64,000 bases of DNA, from positions 53,444,001-53,508,000 of the forward strand of contig NC_043014.1 of assembly GCF_006345805.1 (NCBI RefSeq), read 5' to 3'. Positions 59,564 through 64,000 of the stretch are shown here, piece after piece (within the stretch, counting starts at the first letter, position 1; each line of letters begins with the position of its first letter). Made by a program: the position numbers and the translations under genes. The stretch is from Octopus sinensis. Its lineage: Eukaryota. The notes below the pieces were generated by a model. It was not told the origin of the DNA and searched no databases. It was given only the letters and a program-made list of their open reading frames with translations.

Positions 59564-59969
59564 TACTCAACAACAATCCTAAAAAATCCAAGACGCTGGG
59601 GTACCCAAGTCAGAATCAATTAGAATGTAGATTCCAACTAAATGTAAACTGTAGGTGTGAGGAAATTTTTAATTTCACAAATACTAGTTTGATTAGCCTA
59701 GAATTGTTTACTTTCAGGATAATTTTATAGCAGTTCTTCACGCATGAATTCACAACATAAAGAGAGTTAAAAACTGACAGTTTTTTAATACTTTACAATC
59801 ATAACAGAGGGAAAATATTTTTATCAGGGTGTTATAGATGATGATGATGATGACGAAAACAAATGTGATGCAGAAATCAGTATTTTTACTGCTACTGGGA
59901 AAAAATGCTCCTACAAAATCATCAAATTTAAAGACTCTTGTATAATTTTTATCTTAAAGTATCAGAAAT

Positions 59970-59976
<7 letters not shown>

Positions 59977-60042
<66 letters not shown>
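59977..60042. repeat. (GA)n microsatellite, about 33 units
   Basis: Directly visible. Confidence 0.97.
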
Positions 60043-60045
<3 letters not shown>

Positions 60046-60059
60046 GAAACTTTAGATGA

Positions 60060-61010
60060 TATCATTGAAGAAATTTTGTGCAAGTCATTCTCAATTCAAC
60101 ATCTGCATGATGAATAACATGGATTGTGTACAACAAATGAAATGGTTATGGGTTGTGCAACAAGAGATGGATTAAAGAGATTATGATGCAGCTACAGAGA
60201 TTGGCCAAGATGAGGCAAGAAACCTTTATTGTGTGAACCCTTAAAATAGATGCTACTCTCCAGAGACGCACTAGAAAAGGAGTCAGGTGATACCTCACGG
60301 AAGGACTTATTCCATGATGAAGCATTTCTTTGAACTAAAAATCTTTCTTGAAAATTTGGATCAAGGAAAATGGTTGACCAATTCAGTGGACACAAGTGGC
60401 ACCATTTGGGGACATTTTTAACTGGCACCAACATGCTGGAATCTGAGGAGTTAACACCTGGGAGATTCTTGTTGGAGTGAAATAGCTCTGACATATCACC
60501 TGAACAAAAATAGGGGATTGATTAACTATGGTTTTGTATATTCAATGGAAAAGAAAAAGAGAGTCTTTTATTGGATAATCCAATCAAACTGTTCTTCATG
60601 GAACTATAACCAAATTGCTAAAGGAAAATAGGCTCGTTATGAAGTAGCAATTCTTACGAAAGAGTTACAAGATGATACCCAAGGAATGAAAAAGCCTTGA
60701 TAACTCAGAATCATCTTGAATAAAATGCAACATCTCAAAGTAAAATGATGCCACTTGAACATAGAGAGCGACTAAGAGATGTCCAAGTACAGAAATTTCA
60801 GTAATTTTCTTTTTTCTTTTTCAATGAATTAAAAGAAGCCTGAAAGTATAATCTCATCATCAGAAGTGAGTTGAGAAGTGAACTGTTCTTATCCAGATGT
60901 TATTAGTCATGTACCGAGGACTGTAACAGCAATGTCACCTACACAAGCCTGGGGTTGAAAAATTGGCTTTTTTTAAAAAATTTTATACTGAAAATAATCA
61001 AACTAGATTT
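60060..61010 (+). pseudogene. Decayed hAT transposase C-terminal half
   Basis: RTYSMMKHFFELKIFL (compare TRWxSTYxMLxRLLELK), LTN/QWTQV, TNMLESEELTPGRFLLE* (compare ATKxLQxExLTLGDF..W), ESLLLDNPI, AMSPTQA/VEKL (dimerisation motif PATQVSVERLF). Many stops and frameshifts. Confidence 0.58.
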
Positions 61011-62564
61011 AAGGGCTTCTATGAAGGACAATAAAATCTGGTTTAAGTAATTCCGTAAGAAGATGTTAAATTTCAGATTTGGATTTTTGCCTCTACCCTC
61101 AATTCTATATTTGTAGGGATTAATGTTTAATCTGTTTTTAATCTCAAAAAGAAGAGACGATTATGTAGCCAACTGTGTTTATTTTCAATGATGATCATTT
61201 ATTGTTTTAAGTATTTAAGTTTTAGTTTTAACCTTGAATTCTTGTTGTAAGATGTACTTTAGATTTTTGAAAGAGCAATGAATGCTTTCACTGATTCTCT
61301 TTTAGCTTATTCTTTTATATTCCAATAAACCATTAGTTTTCAATTGTCATATTTATTCTGTCAAGCTACAGACATTCCCTTGCCACTGTCAACTGCAACC
61401 ACTTAAAATTACCAGATTCAAAACCTCTCTCTCTCTCTCACACACACTTTTTAACAGGTTTTCAGTAAAATAACCTTCTTTGTCGTTAATGAGATTGTAT
61501 TTGGAACCTCTTTTATCAAAAAGTTCTTACATAAATTTTGAATTGATGTTTTAATTTAACTTTAATTGAACAACAACAATGAACTAAATTGCTAATTAGT
61601 TAATACAGATTCATCAGTTAAATATAAAAGTTGTGGATTTAATATAACTTCAGATGCCCCGTGAACAGTTGTTGGATCATGAGCAAAAGATATGTTGAGG
61701 TATAATATGTCCAAATCAGTCAGCTCTGAGCAGTTCTGACCCCACGCAGCCCTGCACTCTTTCCATTTTTTTTGTCTGTTGAACACCAGTAAAAATGGGG
61801 ACTTGCTTTCACAATGCACATCCAGGCGTCAATAAAGGAATTTGTATTGCAAGCCATATTGTATAATGTAGACACTTTCTACCCAAAGAAAACCACAGAG
61901 AAGTCATGGGATGACCTAAGGTCAAACAACAACGTCCTGCTATTGACCAACACAGACATTCTATAGTCTCAGGTGCAAAAAGCTATGCACAAAATGTAAG
62001 ACAAACACACACACACACACACACAATGACAAGTGGGAGTAGTCACTGGTTTGTCTTTTCTGAATGTATAAAAGACAGTTACAAGGAATCGGCAAAACAA
62101 ATTAATCTTCTATGTCAACCCTGGGACTTGTTAAAAGACAGCAGAATCCTGTGACAAGCATGCTTTTGTGCCAAGGTCATAGAAAATGGTTCTAAAAGGG
62201 AAAGAATCCTTAACAGATCGTAGATGCAGTTTGCCAAGAAACTAGTCGTGGAAGAGAAGACTTTGCAGAAAACATTAACAACACAATAACTACAGAGTAA
62301 AATAATCGTATGCCAGGCTGAAAGTTGAGAGGGTCGGGATGGGTCGGGATGGTCAGATGCAATTCTCTTTTCCATAAAGAGAGAAGAATTCTAACACTGA
62401 GCAAGAGCTTACTTTTGGAAATACAAAAAATGTCCAGGAATGAGATTGATGACTATATAGACATTGAGTCTTTATGTAATCTTTAATCTCCTGCTTAGAT
62501 ATTTTGTATAAAGCACTGCTCAGCCCTAGTTCTTTATACCAAACATACGATTTTTTGATTTTTG

Positions 62565-62789
62565 TATATAATATTATGTATATTTATGTATATATATATA
62601 TAATATATATGTATATATATATATATATATGTATGTATATATATATATATGTATGTATATATATATATATATATATGTATTGTATATATATATATATGTA
62701 TGTATATATATATAATATATGTATGTATATATATATATAGTATGTATATATATATATATATATGTATGTATATAATATATATATATATA

Positions 62790-62833
<44 letters not shown>

Positions 62834-63020
62834 ATATATATATATGTATGTATTATATATATATATGTATGTATGTATATATATATATAGTATGTATTAT
62901 ATATATAATATATGTATATATATAATATATGATGTATATATATATATATATATGTATGTATATATATATATATATGTATGTATGTATATATATATGTATG
63001 TATATATATATATATGTATG

Positions 63021-63075
<55 letters not shown>

Positions 63076-63224
63076 ATATATTATATATATATGTAGTATA
63101 TATATATATAGTTGTATTATATATATATGTATGTATGTAACGTTATATATATATATATATATATGTATGTATTATATATATATGTATGTATATATATATA
63201 TGTATGTATATATATATATGTATG

Positions 63225-63260
<36 letters not shown>

Positions 63261-63452
63261 TATGTATATACATATATATATATATGTATATACATATATA
63301 TATGTATGTATGTATGTATATATATATATATGTATGTATATATATGTATCTATATATATATATATATGTATGTATATATATGTATATATATATATATGTA
63401 GTATATATATGTATCTATATATATATATATGTATGTATATATATGTATCTAT

Positions 63453-63483
<31 letters not shown>

Positions 63484-63592
63484 ATATATGTATCTATATA
63501 TATATATATGTATGTATTATATATATTATATATGTATGTATGTATATATATATATATATTATATCTATTATAATATATATATGTATGTATGT

Positions 63593-63627
<35 letters not shown>

Positions 63628-63656
63628 ATGTATATATATATATATATAGTATGTAT

Positions 63657-63689
<33 letters not shown>

Positions 63690-63717
63690 GTATATATATA
63701 TATATAATATATGTATG

Positions 63718-63767
<50 letters not shown>

Positions 63768-63815
63768 ATATATTATATATATATATGTATGTATGTATGT
63801 ATATATATATATATA

Positions 63816-63908
<93 letters not shown>

Positions 63909-63935
63909 GTAATATATATATATATATATATATTG

Positions 63936-63981
<46 letters not shown>

Positions 63982-64000
63982 ATATATATATATATATATA
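62565..64000. repeat. More than 1.4 kb (TA)n/(TATG)n compound microsatellite running off the window end
   Basis: Directly visible. It is the source of all the YI/MY-repeat ORFs. Confidence 0.97.

Noticed and set aside
61592-61880. 75-aa minus-strand ORF with an upstream acceptor-like site
   Set aside because: The frames do not join without a stop, there is no donor and no recognisable family.

Overview
AT-rich, repeat-dense eukaryotic genomic DNA. It is most likely an octopus or other coleoid cephalopod; this is an inference from the SINE/LINE repertoire, the microsatellite density and the C2H2 gene. Two host genes are supportable. (1) The last three coding exons of protoporphyrinogen oxidase (PPOX, + strand, 338-451, 2054-2203, 3573-3746), which the ORF track misses. 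(2) A C2H2 zinc-finger gene whose CDS lies in one exon (- strand, 26880-28475, 531 aa, 9 fingers, polyQ tract, N/S-rich tail). It has a 5'UTR splice acceptor at 28739-28741 and a possible alternative last exon at about 22.0-22.1 kb. The rest is mostly mobile-element debris: a near-complete Helitron PIF1 helicase relic, an R4/Dong-type non-LTR relic, many RTE LINE 3' ends, a CR1-like relic, a hAT transposase relic, several MITEs, Penelope-like ends, tRNA-SINEs (two head types, one with two alternative tails), an unclassified ~250-bp repeat, a 42-bp VNTR and long TA-type microsatellites. I see no CRISPR array, rRNA or genuine tRNA gene, and I cannot claim a demonstrably new system. The best leads are: a genomic Asn at the conserved Asp of PPOX that one A-to-I edit would restore; a modular RTE/SINE network sharing one 3' terminus; a VNTR born inside an RTE tail; and a candidate alternative last exon for the ZNF gene. 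All coordinates and copy counts were read by eye.
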